In this document: piece after piece, positions 52,311-64,000 of the stretch | How positions within the stretch are numbered: the first letter of the stretch is position 1 | Layout of the letters: every line of letters begins with the position of its first letter | Assembly (NCBI RefSeq): GCF_964355755.1 | Contig: NC_092670.1 | Span: 35,948,388-36,012,387, forward strand | Direction of reading: 5' to 3' | DNA: 64,000 nucleotides | From: Antedon mediterranea | Taxonomy: Eukaryota > Animalia > Echinodermata | Notes under the pieces: model-generated | The model's database searches: none | Seen by the model: only the letters and a program-made list of their open reading frames with translations | Told to the model about the DNA's origin: nothing | Program-made: the position numbers and the translations under genes

Positions 52311-55300
52311 ATGGATTCTAGTAATAAAAATGGAACATTTTCAAGGATTGCACAATGGACATGTTTATCAATAGCTATTTTATCAAGTGGTGGATACGCA
52401 ATTTATTATAAATTTAGAGTAGTGAAGGTAAGTTTGTCTCAAACCAATCTAGGCTAGGCCTAGCCCTAGCTAGGCCTCCAGCAGGGCCTAGCTAGGAGGT
52501 AGGGCGCGGGCGGCTAGGCCCGGCCACAGGCAAGACAGGCAGCACACACCGACCCACCGCACACAACAGGCAGGCAGGTTACACCTAAGTAACCTTTCTG
52601 GACTACAGGCTAGGCCTAGTACGTAGGAGGGCCTAGTAGTAGGCTTATAGTTATACCATTAGATTACTATGATAGCCTTCTTTAGGGATGTGGGTTATTA
52701 TGGCAGCACACGCCGACCCACCGCACACAACAGGCAGGCAGGCAGGTTACACCTAAGTAACCTTTCAGGACTACAGGCTAGGCCTAGCTAGTACGTAGGA
52801 GGGCCTAGTAGGCATAGGCCTATACCATTACTATGAGATGATAGCCTTTAGGGATGTGGGTTATTATGTTTTATTAAAATTATTCACAGTTAATTTATTC
52901 ATTATCATCTTATCTCTCTCTATCGTAATGAATTCTAGAAACAAAAATACTGTATTAATATTATTATTATTAATAATTTTGTGAATTTCAGAAACCAGGA
53001 ATTTATACCAGCCCTCAATTTCGACAGTTCTTGCTTTCTCATTGTTCAAGCTTGAACAAGGAGTATTGGCCAACAGCATGGTGTGTTGGAGGTCGTCTAC
53101 AAACCATAGCACGGGTCCTTTTTCAGTCAAGACCACAACAGCCATACAGAGTGTAAGTTTATGAGTGCTATGGTACTTTATCTGTATTTAAATAAAAAAG
53201 GAAATCCGCATCAAGGAGCAGTTGAAGAAATTTTTTTATCTCTAAAACATGTATATTTTAATAATGCATTATTTAAAATCATTTCAGAGTAGCCTATATA
53301 TGTATTTTCATATGCTACACATTGCAAAAATTAGAATAAAATTTCTATAAATTAATTTAGACTTTTACCATTTTAACACATTAGTGTCAACTTATTTGTA
53401 AGAAGTAATGAAAAAAAGGGGAAAAATGAGTGGAAATAATAAAGACTAAAAAAAACATTTACACAGCAATTAATTGTCAACATTTATGGTGAAAATTTAT
53501 AAATAATGTTTGTTTTTGCAGAGAGTTGGTACCAACCCCAGATGGAGGCGAGTTTAGCCTACACTGGGTAGACAATGAAGCACATGGTAATCAGTACCAC
53601 AAGAAAGCCAGACCAACCGTCATTATTCTTCCAGGACTAACAGGTATTTCACGTTCCTATGGAAAGACTGGCTCAATTCAGTGAGCATTGATCCAGTGTG
53701 AGTGTCAAAGCGGTTAGACAGTGGAACTGTGATACCTTGCCATAACATCAGCACGGGTTCTAGCCTCACTCGCTGCATGGTTCTGGTGGTAGAACGAGTC
53801 TTCTCGATAACGGCTATAAACCGTAGTTCCAGTGGACACATCTGGCTCATGTGCACTTTAAAGAACCTAGTACATTTTTTTTAGAAAAATAGGGGTTACT
53901 AGTATACACACAGCCACTGTCACACGTAGACAGTTATCCTAACTCATCATGAGGGCCCCTTGATTGTCAGCATATGCTGTTTTTAGGGTCACCCTCTAAA
54001 TAAGATTCAACAAATAAAAATACTTTTATACAGGCTAAATTAAATTGCTTGAATGCATCAACTTATTTAATTTGGTCATTGTGTCTGCCTCCCCTACAGT
54101 ACCTCCAACTTTAAAAAAATCAATGTATTACTGTTTATTGTTAAGACAACATTTATATAATTGTTTTCTGTTGCCAGGCTACAATCGTTGACAATTTACA
54201 ATTTTATTTAAAAAAAATGAAATTGCTTGAATGCATCAACTCGTTTAATTTGGTCTTTTAGTCATTGTGTCTCCTCCCCTACCCATAACTCAATGTATTC
54301 CTGTTGATTTTATATTAGCATGACATTTATGTTTTCTGTTGAATTGCTAGGCTACAGTCGATGTGGGTATGTTTTACATATGGTGGACTCGGTCGTTAAG
54401 CTTGGATATAGAGCTGTTGTATTTCATAATAGGGGTTTAGGTGGTGCAAAATTAAAGGTAAGACATTTAGATTAATAGGAACACAGATTTTAATTTTTCT
54501 ATAGCACATAATCTGTACTATAATGAAAATAGTAAACATTGATTTTCAGGAAAATTTAATATTGTTCAGGTCACAAAAGCTTATTTATATTAAAATCTGA
54601 ATTACCTGTTTCTTCATGAGATATTAAATAGCACGCCTTCTGTATTCTTTTAACATAAACCGAAATATCAAGTAGTGAGCCCTCCCTCTCCAAATATAGT
54701 TTTCTCTGATATATTTTGCCAAGTACTTCACTCATTTTCTGAGTGCTTTTCATCTGTTTATGTTGTCTGCTTTAGACGCCATATACGTTTTCTGCGGCGT
54801 ATACGGAAGATTTCAATATAGCTGTGAAACGTGTGAAAGAACATCTACCCGAAGCACCTCTGATGGCTGCTGGAACATCACTCGGAGGGTTAGTATCATG
54901 AATGCATTTTTTAAATCAATCTCAAAGATGTGTAAAGTATACCGAGTTGGTTTGTACCCTCTTAAGCTCTGTCTACGCTATCAAACTAGTTTGACAAAAA
55001 AGTATGATGTGCCCAAATATGGTAGTGATATGCTCAAATATGGTAGTTATATGCTCAAATATGGTAGTGATATGACATCATCATGTCCATATATAGGCAC
55101 ATCACATTTAATACTGTAGTGTACAGTAGATAGAGCTTAAAACATGCACCAAACTTGGTATGCAATTCACTTTAAAAAAAAACAGTTTGGCACACATGGC
55201 GTGTCATAACTATAGTAGTATACTTGAGCTGGATAGTTTCGGAGGGAAAAATGAAATGCCTGCTGGTAGCGTTGTATGTTACAGACAGTAACTACTAAAG

Positions 55301-57213
55301 TTGGTTATCATAAGACACTATGTCACAAAAAATGGTGTCATATCACTACCATATTTGGGTATATCACTACCATATATTTGGGCACATCAAACTTTTTTGT
55401 CAAACTAGTTTGATAGTGCAGACAGACCTTTAGAATATTTAATTGTTAATTTGTATATGTGTGTATGCTTTACTACCATTACTTATTTTTAAAGTGGTCT
55501 TGTTTTATTCTAATTTATTCCTCATTTAAATAACTGTTTTCTTTAAATTAGGATGATTTTATTCAACTACCTTGCCAAGCACGGCGAACAAACACAATTA
55601 AATGCTGCGTTTACCGTCTCAACACCTTGGAACGTGTTTGAATCTACAAAAAATATCGAACGACCAATCAATCGTATACTTTTAAACTCTCACTTGGCAC
55701 GTAATCTACGCAAGGGGGTGAAAGAGTAAGTGGTTTATCCTTTGTTTCTTCAATTACTGTATAATATACTATGTATACAACACTACAGTACAGTTATAAT
55801 TAATGTATTTTCAGTTGATATATAATTAACAATTTTGTGACTGCTTTCCTAAAATTTAAGTAGATAATGCATTGTAATTTAAATACTGTATCTGTACTAT
55901 TTTTTTCTAGTCATATAACAATGTTTGAAAAACATTATGATCCAGAAATTTCATTAGCATTAAAGGTAATGATGATTTATTTATTATTTTACCTTGTCAA
56001 AGGGAATGGTATTAAATGGTGCTGAAGTTGAGCACTTTGAAAAAGGTTTTCTATAGGCAGTTTCAATCGTGTCTCTAGTGTGAAGTTGTCTATCGGCATG
56101 GTCAATCATGTGTCTAGTGTAAGGTTGTCTATCGCCATGGTCAATCATGTGTCTAGTGTAAAGTTGTCTATCGGCATGGTCAATCGTGTGTCTGGTGTAA
56201 AGTTTTCTATCTGCATGGACGACATTAAAAACAATTTAGACAAACAATTGACCATTGCCGATAGAAAACCATGAATTTGGCGCATGACACACATGCCATG
56301 TACTATCAGCACAGTCAGTTTTGTCTATAAAACTTTCATTTGCAAGCTGACCATGCCGATAGCCTGTTTCTGAATGTGGATAAAAACAAATTCCTAGAAT
56401 AAGGCTTCCAATGGTGTGTTAATGATAGGGCTGTTTATTTGATTTTGTAGGCTAACACGATAAGAGAGTTTGACAGTAAATTTACAACCAAGGTGTTTGG
56501 CTATGAGAATGTTAACCAGTACTACGAAGATGCTTGTCTACACAACAAGGTCCAGGATGTTAAGATCCCAACCGTCTGTCTAAATGCTGGTGATGACCCT
56601 ATCTCACCTATGCATGGTAGGTTTATCTAAAAGTCTCAGCACTCTGGCCAGACCTGTCTGACACTCAGAATTTCAACCAGCATAAAGAGGCTCCTGGCTC
56701 CATTTTTTTTCATGCTAAAAGCTCAATATTTTGTATCAAATTTTAATGTGCAGATTAGAGATGTATAAGCTTAAGCCCATTTTAAACTGAGATCTTATTG
56801 GCATTTCATGAGCTGTTTATAAAATAACGATCTTGCTTAAAATGACCAAGTTCACAATTCCCATGTAGAAAAAATAGAAGATGAGCTACTCTGAAGAATA
56901 ATGTATTACATATATTTATTTTATAATTTTTAATAAATAAATAATTTATACTATAGGTCCATGATTATACTACAGTATTATAGTATAAATTTAATGTATT
57001 AAATTTGTGGATTTTTTTTACATTCTAGCCCTTCCAATTTCTGCTACGGCACAACAAGACAATGTCGCCTTAGTTGTTACACACTATGGTGGTCACCTTG
57101 GTTTTCTAAACAGCTTTTGGCCTAGAGGTAAAACGTTATGGCATACAATATTTTCAGAAGTTGTAGACGCATTCTTTCAAAGAGGAATTGTTGAGTTTAG
57201 GAGAAATCGATGA
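52311..57213 (+). CDS. ABHD3: ABHD1/ABHD3-like alpha/beta hydrolase (phospholipase ABHD3-like)
   Basis: Exons 52311-52427, 52992-53152, 53522-53643, 54351-54457, 54776-54888, 55552-55725, 55911-55965, 56451-56616, 57029-57213. N-terminal TM segment, YWPTAWC, DGGEFSLHW, LPGLTG, NRG, GTSLGG (Ser), NAGDDP (Asp), GGHLGF (His). Confidence 0.88.
52540..52866. repeat. ~165-bp tandem duplication in ABHD intron 1
   Basis: cagcacac..ccgacccaccgcacacaacaggcagg...gatagcctt..agggatgtgggttattatg occurs twice. Confidence 0.85.
54965..55137. mobile_element. MITE, AGCTCTGTCTACAC family (further partial copy ~55315-55430)
   Basis: tta-agctctgtctacgctatcaaact ... gatagagct-taa; internal 20-bp repeat aaatatggtagtgatatgct. 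Confidence 0.78.
56060..56220. repeat. 39-bp tandem repeat, about 4 copies
   Basis: tgtctagtgtaaagttgtctatcggcatggtcaatcatg. Confidence 0.8.
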
Positions 57214-57557
57214 CATTTTCTATGTAAAGTATCACATTTTATCAAAAATATAACAAGTTCAAAATATGGCAATTTTGGAGAGGGAATTAATTGCTTTTGG
57301 AGAGGGAATTGCTCTATGGAGTTAGTATTTATTAAAGACTTGCCTAAATTGTTGACCATAATCAATTTTGTAATCAATGTTTTCGTTAAAAAATGTGCTA
57401 TTCGTTTTGACAATACAGTATTGATTTAAACCAAAATGTAGGATACCTCCACCATTTAACATGTTATATTTAGATTAATATACAGTACAATTGAATGGAC
57501 ATTACAAACTGCATTGTGCTAATACTATAGCACTACTAACCTGGTTGTTGCACCCTT

Positions 57558-57880
57558 TAAGCTTGGTTCCCACTAGCGACGCAACGTAATGCAACCTACA
57601 GGCTACAAATGCCCTTAATTGTGTTTGCCCCTGCCTGCGTGAAATCAAACCTGCTTGTTGCGAGTTCACGTTCTATGTGCCGTAGACTTTAACCTGGTTA
57701 ACCCTGCGTATCTTTGAAATACGCACTGTACTATATTTTCTAGTATTCTTTTGCCTTGCGTCGTTGCATGATTTGATTTCTCATAGCGATGTTTGCAGGA
57801 CTGTTACGTCGTTAGTTCCCACTTTTGATTACGCAATACAACACCTTGCGTCGCTGCGTTCTAGTGGGAACCGCTCTTTA
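57558..57880. mobile_element. MITE with terminal repeats ggttcccactag / ctagtgggaacc
   Basis: taagcttggttcccactagcgacgcaac ... gcgtcgctgcgttctagtgggaaccgctctta. Confidence 0.7.
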
Positions 57881-58754
57881 GTCTATAGCGTGTAACATAG
57901 AGGTTTCATTTAGTATAGCGATGATTGCCATAGAATTAGCATGTAAATGTAACAAGTCTGAATGATTATTACTGGAATGTGGCAATAATGTGTGTGTCAG
58001 GACAGATATACTAGTTAGCTAGATTAGTTTACTTGATTGTAGTTTAAATGAATTGGAATATAATAGATCAGATGGAATGTGTACTAATTGGAAAAAGATA
58101 GCACTATATATGTACTACATCATGCTGAAAAGGCCTGGGATGAATTTTGTTAAATAGTGCATACTATTGCACGCCATGTGACCCACAATAATCCAATCAA
58201 ATGACAGAAATTTATTTAGGCGTTATATTATATTGTGGTTATTGAAAGTTTAAAGAATTTTTTTGTGATCTATACAATACAATTTATTTTTCTTTTGGAA
58301 TAAGACAAGACATACAATACAAGCTATTCAACTTATTATCATCAACAGTATTCATAAAAACATTGATTGTAAAGATCATTCTAATGTACTAGTACTGTAC
58401 ACACTATTGTTTAGTATTGTTCAATGTCAATTAAACAGCAGTTATTATGAGCTTCTTGTCTTTCCTTTGGTACACCAAAGCGATTTCTTTTTCTTGACAT
58501 CGCTTAAACACATCTACAGATTACGTCAGTAAGTCATTGGGTTTCCTTTATAATGTATTGAGATTTATGCCTTGTTCTGTAAAATAAACGGCTACTCAGT
58601 CAGTTCCTGGTGCTGTATCTAAGTAACCTTCCATAATACAGGCACACATGTATATGTGATAAATATGACATGCTGTATTATGGAATTTGCCATGATACTG
58701 CACAAATACATGTGGAGATATGAGAATTTACATTTAACATCTGGAACTGACTGT

Positions 58755-59024
58755 TCAATCAAGTTTATCCATCTGAAATTCACAAGATACAATATCTGTA
58801 CATCTTAACAGGGCTTCTGATTGGACACCAATTGGTGTTTTCAATTCTGACACATGGAAGTTTAAAATGTCCTTGTCACTGCCCTTAAACACGCCGGACA
58901 CAACTGTGCCTCCATGAAGTGAGAAATCTACACTTTTCTTATTCATTCCAACAATTACTTCAAGAAAACGTCTACGAAGAAATGATCTGCCGTCTTGCTC
59001 TTCAATCGCAGCTGGAGGATCCAT
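58755..59024 (-). CDS. GEMIN7: Gem-associated protein 7 (Sm-like fold)
   Basis: EQDGRSFLRRRFL...FHVSELKTPIGVQSEALLRCTDIVS matches the Gemin7 signature. Probable 5' intron 59127-59037. Confidence 0.88.
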   Translation of the reverse strand: MDPPAAIEEQDGRSFLRRRFLEVIVGMNKKSVDFSLHGGTVVSGVFKGSDKDILNFHVSELKTPIGVQSEALLRCTDIVSCEFQMDKLD

Positions 59025-59365
59025 TATTCACTTGGTCTTTAAATTAAACAAAAATTACGGTTCAAAATTTAAACAGAACTTTGTAATACAAAGATTTTTA
59101 CTCTGGGTACCCGAGTCTAGGACTTACTCATTTTCTCCTCTTCTTCCTCCATCTGGACACTTGAGTAAAAAGTGCGATTTTTAAAGTACTACTCCTCCCT
59201 TATTAGTTGTAGTATTGAGCTGGGATTTGGCATGAATATACTACAGGGACATGTCCTCAAATCTATAGAGCCGGATTTTTAATTTTTTGTTAATTAATTT
59301 GTTTAATTAAGAAGCCACAATGTGTGACACACACCACAGCGTTATGTAGTTATATGGTTATATGC

Positions 59366-59438
59366 GGATTCTTGGCGTAGTGGTTATCACGTTTGCTTAA
59401 CACGCAGAAGGTACCTGGTTCGAGCCCGGACGAAACCT
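59366..59438 (+). tRNA. tRNA-Val(AAC), degenerate acceptor stem, likely pseudogene
   Basis: A box tggcgtagtggt, anticodon arm tttgc-ttAACac-gcaga, B box ggttcgagccc, downstream T run. Two acceptor mismatches. Confidence 0.7.
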
Positions 59439-59644
59439 TTTTTTTAAACGTTATGGTGAAAAGTACTCTATATGATAATTATACACAGTATATCTTATTT
59501 TTATTATTTTTTAAATACTTATTTTGTGTAATCGGTAATTATCACTTTTACACATGTTTATTTTTCTTTGTGCTTATTACCATATTTATTTGTAATTTAA
59601 ATGGATTAAAAACCTTTCTGTAACCCACATTTTTAGTGTAAGTG

Positions 59645-59716
59645 GTTTTCGTAGTGTAGTGGTTGTCGAGTCTGCTTAACACGCAGAAGGTCCCGGTTCG
59701 AGCCCTGGCGAAACCT
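59645..59716 (+). tRNA. tRNA-Val(AAC), degenerate D arm
   Basis: tagtgtagtggt, tctgc-ttAACac-gcaga, ggttcgagccc, cgaaacc. Confidence 0.7.
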
Positions 59717-59877
59717 CGGGTTTCTTTTACTTTATGGTGAAATAACTGTATACGTCTGTATACAGCTTCTTTCGCTGTACCCCGAGTATTGCACATTCGT
59801 GGTTTTTTGTTAATTAATTTGTTTAATTAAGAAGCCACAATGTGTGACACACAACACAGCGTTATGTAGTTATATGC

Positions 59878-59950
59878 GGCTTCTTGGCGTAGTGGTTATC
59901 ACGTTTGCTCAACACGCAGAAGGTACCTGGTTCGAGCCCGGGCTAAACCT
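59878..59950 (+). tRNA. tRNA-Val(AAC), degenerate (U33 to C), duplicate of the 59366 copy
   Basis: Same layout as 59366-59438, followed by a T run. Confidence 0.65.
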
Positions 59951-60159
59951 TTTTTTTTAAACTTTATGGTGAAAAGTACTGTATACGCAATATGATAATT
60001 ATACACAGTATATTTTATTATTATTTTTTTAAATACTTAATTTGTGTAATCGGTAATTATCACTTTTACACATGTTTATTTTGCTTTGTGCTTATTACCA
60101 TTTATTTGTAATTTAAATGGATTAAAAAACTTTCTGTAACCCACAATTCTAATGTAAGA

Positions 60160-60231
60160 GGTTTCGTAGTGTAGTGGTTGTCAAGTCTGCGTAACACGCA
60201 GAAGGTCCCGGTTCGAGCCCTGGCGAAACCT
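60160..60231 (+). tRNA. tRNA-Val(AAC), perfect acceptor stem, mismatches in D and T arms
   Basis: GGTTTCG/CGAAACC, tctgc-gtAACac-gcaga, ggttcgagccc, T-rich terminator. Confidence 0.72.
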
Positions 60232-60441
60232 ATTTTTCTTTAACTTTCTAACTGTATACGTCTGTATACAGCTTCTTTCGCTGTACCCCGAGTATTGCAC
60301 ATTCGTGCTTGTTTATGAATACATTTATGTTTTATGTTATGTTTATGTTATATAACTTTTTATTACTCGACGATCAGGTCCATATTGTGTGTACATTACA
60401 GTAATTTAATACAATTACATACTTATAACCGAAAGTATTAA

Positions 60442-61067
60442 AGCCCCATTCCCTACGTTTTTTAGATCTAATTTAAGATCACAAACTATATTTAATGTAA
60501 AAATAATACTATATGATCCTATTGCGATAACTTTTTTCGTCTTTAAACGGTTAAAAATGTGAAAAATAAGTCGATTCTAATAATTATAGCGGCCCGCTAT
60601 AAATCCCAAAATGCATTGCGCGCGGATTGATATTTTTGTTTTTCACCTGTAATTCGCCCACTTTTCGATCGATCGTGAGGCCAAAACAAATGGAAGACTC
60701 CTAACTTTTCAGCGAAAATACCGGGTTTTCCCCAATTTGTATCAACGGAGTCTGGCAAAAATAGAAAGACAATTAATGCAGCAACTATACAACGTCAGGC
60801 TAGGTATATAGGTAGCGTACGATGTTCGTACGTTACCGATGTTTACCAGCTAGGCCTACAAAACTAAGCCTAGCTAGGCTAGGCCTAAGACCGTCCACGA
60901 GAGGTCGATCGCCGCGAGCTACTTAGGTAGTGCATTGTTTCTCACTTTTTATCATAATTTACCATAAAACGTACATTTAAGACAAGGAATGACATGGTTT
61001 AATGTTTTTAAAGTGATATATATGTATTATTTTCCAAAAAACGTCCAAAATTGCAGGGAAGGGGTCT
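60442..61067. mobile_element. Non-autonomous DNA transposon with TTAA target duplication (Kolobok-like)
   Basis: TTAA-agccccattccct ... agggaaggggtct-TTAA. Confidence 0.65.
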
Positions 61068-61099
61068 TTAAAGTAACTTTTATAAATCAAAACATAAAT

Positions 61100-61127
61100 C
61101 ATGGAGGTATTAATTTATACCTCCATG
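61100..61127. mobile_element. 28-bp TIR-only insert with 7-bp target duplication (putative P-element footprint)
   Basis: CATAAAT-catggaggtattaatttatacctccatg-CATAAAT. Confidence 0.7.
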
Positions 61128-62078
61128 CATAAATTACTGAGTGAAAACAATTTTCGGTAATTATTCATAAATAATCATTTAAATTAATGACCTTCAACAA
61201 TTTTACTTCCGATAAACTTCAATACTTACAGCATTTATAAATATCCTAGCGTCTACTCTGTAATGTAGTTTTTGGACCCGATCATCTGTCACCGACACCA
61301 GGCTAGCTTTCTAGGCCCGGGCCTAGCTAGAGTAACTGAACTGGGTCTAGGACCCAGGCCTAGCATCAATCTAATTATCAAGAAGTGTGTCTTGTCTAGT
61401 AATATAACTAGTACTGTATACTATAATATATATATATATATATGACTAACATTTTTTTAATACGGCGAAAAAGAAAAATAAATGTTGTTTACAAAAAGAC
61501 GGACGACGACGTGCAAGCATACAGAATGTCGCCCTCTGTTTTTTGGGGTTAAAAAAAACATTGTTTTGATTGTAGCGCCCTCACACTATTTACATAAAAC
61601 AAGAGATTGACACAAAAGTAGAAAAAAAAATATTTTAGCAGACATTGTTCTTTGTCTTTGATGATGTAATAAGTTTTATATTTATTTTAATATAATAACA
61701 GTAAGTAAAACATGACATTTCTGATTACTAAGCAGTAGGCCTATATAATAATACACATAACGAAATAGGGAGAGGTGTTTTTGCATGGCATGCATCAGGC
61801 CTAACTAGTAGGCTAGCTATAGTTTAGGCTAGTAGCTAGCTAGGCTACTACTATACTAGACTCTCTATCTAGCTATATAGCCTATTAGGTTAGCCTAGGT
61901 TAGGCTAGCCTAGATTAGATAAAGAGGAGGAAAGGAGGGCATATCTAGTCTCAGACTGCCTTAGCTAGGCCCAGCCTAGAAGCTAGATGCCAGTAGGCCT
62001 AGTAATGTATTACTAGGCCTAGGCCTAATAATACTAGGTAGGCCCTAGGCCTAGTACTAGGCCTACTTCTAGCGGATA

Positions 62079-62165
62079 CGGTGCCGATCAAGTCAGCCCT
62101 ATTATTAAAACCATCTCGCGTCAAGTCGGCCCGCATCAACTCGGCCTCACATCAACTTGGCCTCT
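62079..62165. mobile_element. Left-end fragment of the same family as 63207-63993
   Basis: ggtgccgatcaagtcagccc...caagtcggccc..caactcggcctca. Confidence 0.6.
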
Positions 62166-62172
62166 AATTAGG

Positions 62173-63206
62173 CAGTGGATAAAGACAACTATTCCAGGCA
62201 AGTCAAATCAAGGTAGTCACTTTTATATTGGAGCTATTTATTATCCTCCGTCTGCCGCTAATGCGGATTTGTTGATTGAGCACATTGTTGATACAATTGA
62301 TAACATTCGTTCTATGGATTTCGCTGCTCCTATTGCTATTTTGGGTGACTTTAATGACCTAGATCTAGCTGAGCTGGAAGTGAATGTTGGACTGTCGCAA
62401 GTTGTTAACTTCGCTACACGAAAGGATGCCCTGTTGGACAAGATATTTTTGAGTCGTGCTGATCTTTACCATCTTCCGCAACGCTTAGCGCCACTGGGTC
62501 GGAGTGACCATAATGCCATCCTATTGGAACCACTGATTGAATTACCTCAGCACAAGCGTCTATCAGTGCGTTCTCAGCCATATCGTGACTCCTCTGTTTT
62601 GTCCTTTGGTCAATGGGTTACAACCCATGAGTGGAATGATGTGCTGAATATTGAGGACGTCAATCGAAAAACCAAAATGTTCTCTTCAAATTTGAATGGT
62701 GCTTTTAACAAGATATTTCCTGTGCTGAGTAGGAACAAGCGCACTGCTGACAAGCCCTGGATGTCCGACAAGATTCGAAGATTAATTGACTCTAGACAAA
62801 ATTTGTTTCGTAGGTTTGGTAGAACGGATGGGTGGCGTTCAATTCGCAACTTAGTCCAAGATTGTATTAGAAAGGCTAAAAACAAATATTATTGTAATTC
62901 CTTATTAAGTCTTAAACGTAACAACCCTGCCATGTGGCATAAAGGTATTAAACAACTATGTAATCTTAAGACTAAAAATACTAATTTCACCTTGCCTGGG
63001 CTGTCCAAAGTTGAAACTGCCTCTGAGATTAATGCCCATTTCTCTAGTGTTTGTAATGCCATCCCTCCTCTTAATTTAAACGATTTGCCTGCTTATCTCC
63101 CAGCCCCTGGGCCACCACCTTTAATATATGCTGGTCAGGTCCTAAAAGCCCTTTGTAATCTTAAGCCTAACAAAGCTGGCCATCCAGATGAACCTCCTAT
63201 TAAACT
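62173..63206 (+). mobile_element. LINE ORF2 fragment (AP endonuclease C-terminal half and linker)
   Basis: IGAIYYPP, ILGDFND, TRKDALLDKIF, PLGRSDH, KPWMS, KAGHPD. Interrupted at 63206 by a DNA transposon. Confidence 0.85.
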
Positions 63207-63993
63207 GGGTGCAGGTCAAGTCGGCCCCAAACCGTCCCGGCCAAAGTCAAGTCGGCCCCACGTCAAGTCGGCCCCAAGTCAACTCGGCCTCAAGTCAACT
63301 CTGCCTCAAGTCAACTCGGCCTCACGTCAACTCGGCCAATAACTAATCGGTCAACTCGGCCACAATAAAGTATGGAACGCAAAAAGTGCTTAATATTATT
63401 ACGATTCTTACTATCCACGTTTTAAAAAAAATGAAGAAATAAAAAATATAATATCATATAAAAAAATGAACTCATTGCCGATATGAATAGAAGTACCCGC
63501 GTGTTACAAAAAACACGTGCAGGTACCGTATTTTAGGAAATCGAAGACGGAGGCCTACGTTCCACCATTTGGCCATAGAAAAAATGATCGTACATCGTTT
63601 TTGTGCATGATTTGCGTTTAAAAAAAAGGGGAATCCCCCGGTCAGCGAAAACACGTAGCAGTTGTAGATATCGAAAAAGCTGGCAAACGCACAGGGAGGC
63701 TCAGCTACGAAATTTTATTAAACGTAAATAAAGGAAAGTTGGTGAAATCATTCCTATTTTTTTTTGCTAAATATATTATTGTCTAAATAATAGTATTCAT
63801 TAAAAGTCAGAATTATTCATAGTTAAAAAATTGTGAAGAAATATTATTTTATCAATCCCCTTTATTTGCACTTTTTGCGTTCCATACTTTAATGGGCCGA
63901 GTTGACTTGCGGCCGAGTTGACTTGAGGCCGACTTGACTTGGGGCCGACTTGACTTTGGCCGAGACGGTTTAGGGCCGACTTGGATCGAAACC
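63207..63993. mobile_element. Non-autonomous TIR transposon with subterminal tandem repeats, probable 9-bp target duplication (Mutator-like)
   Basis: Inverted ends caagtcggccccaaaccgtcccggccaaagtcaagtcggcccca. Left flank TATTAAACT; right flank TATTAAA up to the window edge. Confidence 0.8.
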
Positions 63994-64000
63994 TATTAAA

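Noticed and set aside
59128-59152. Upstream MEEEEEKM mini-exon as a GEMIN7 N-terminal extension
   Set aside because: Splicing to the acceptor at 59036 is out of frame with GEMIN7; at most a uORF.
62269-63342. 357-aa ORF as a host gene
   Set aside because: Chimera of a LINE endonuclease fragment and transposon terminal repeats.

Overview
AT-rich, intron-containing animal genomic DNA, probably an invertebrate; the species cannot be fixed from sequence alone. In order: a tandem array of four minus-strand GH3-domain (GHDC-like) acyl-adenylate/amido-synthetase genes (copy 1 runs off the left edge, copy 3 is a double-frameshift pseudogene); an intronless D-glutamate cyclase (DGLUCY) ORF starting only 113 nt after the INO80C stop codon on the same strand; INO80C head-to-head with a C2orf69-like gene; two tandem RECQL (RecQ1) paralogs from a ~9 kb duplication; MRNIP head-to-head with an ABHD1/3-like hydrolase; GEMIN7; four degenerate tRNA-Val(AAC) copies; LINE fragments, MITEs and satellites. 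Most notable: the possible INO80C-DGLUCY bicistronic/retrogene unit, the diversifying mosaic GH3 array, and two 24-28 bp TIR-only inserts with 7-bp target duplications that look like P-element excision footprints. Gene names come from motif recognition and manual splicing, not database searches.
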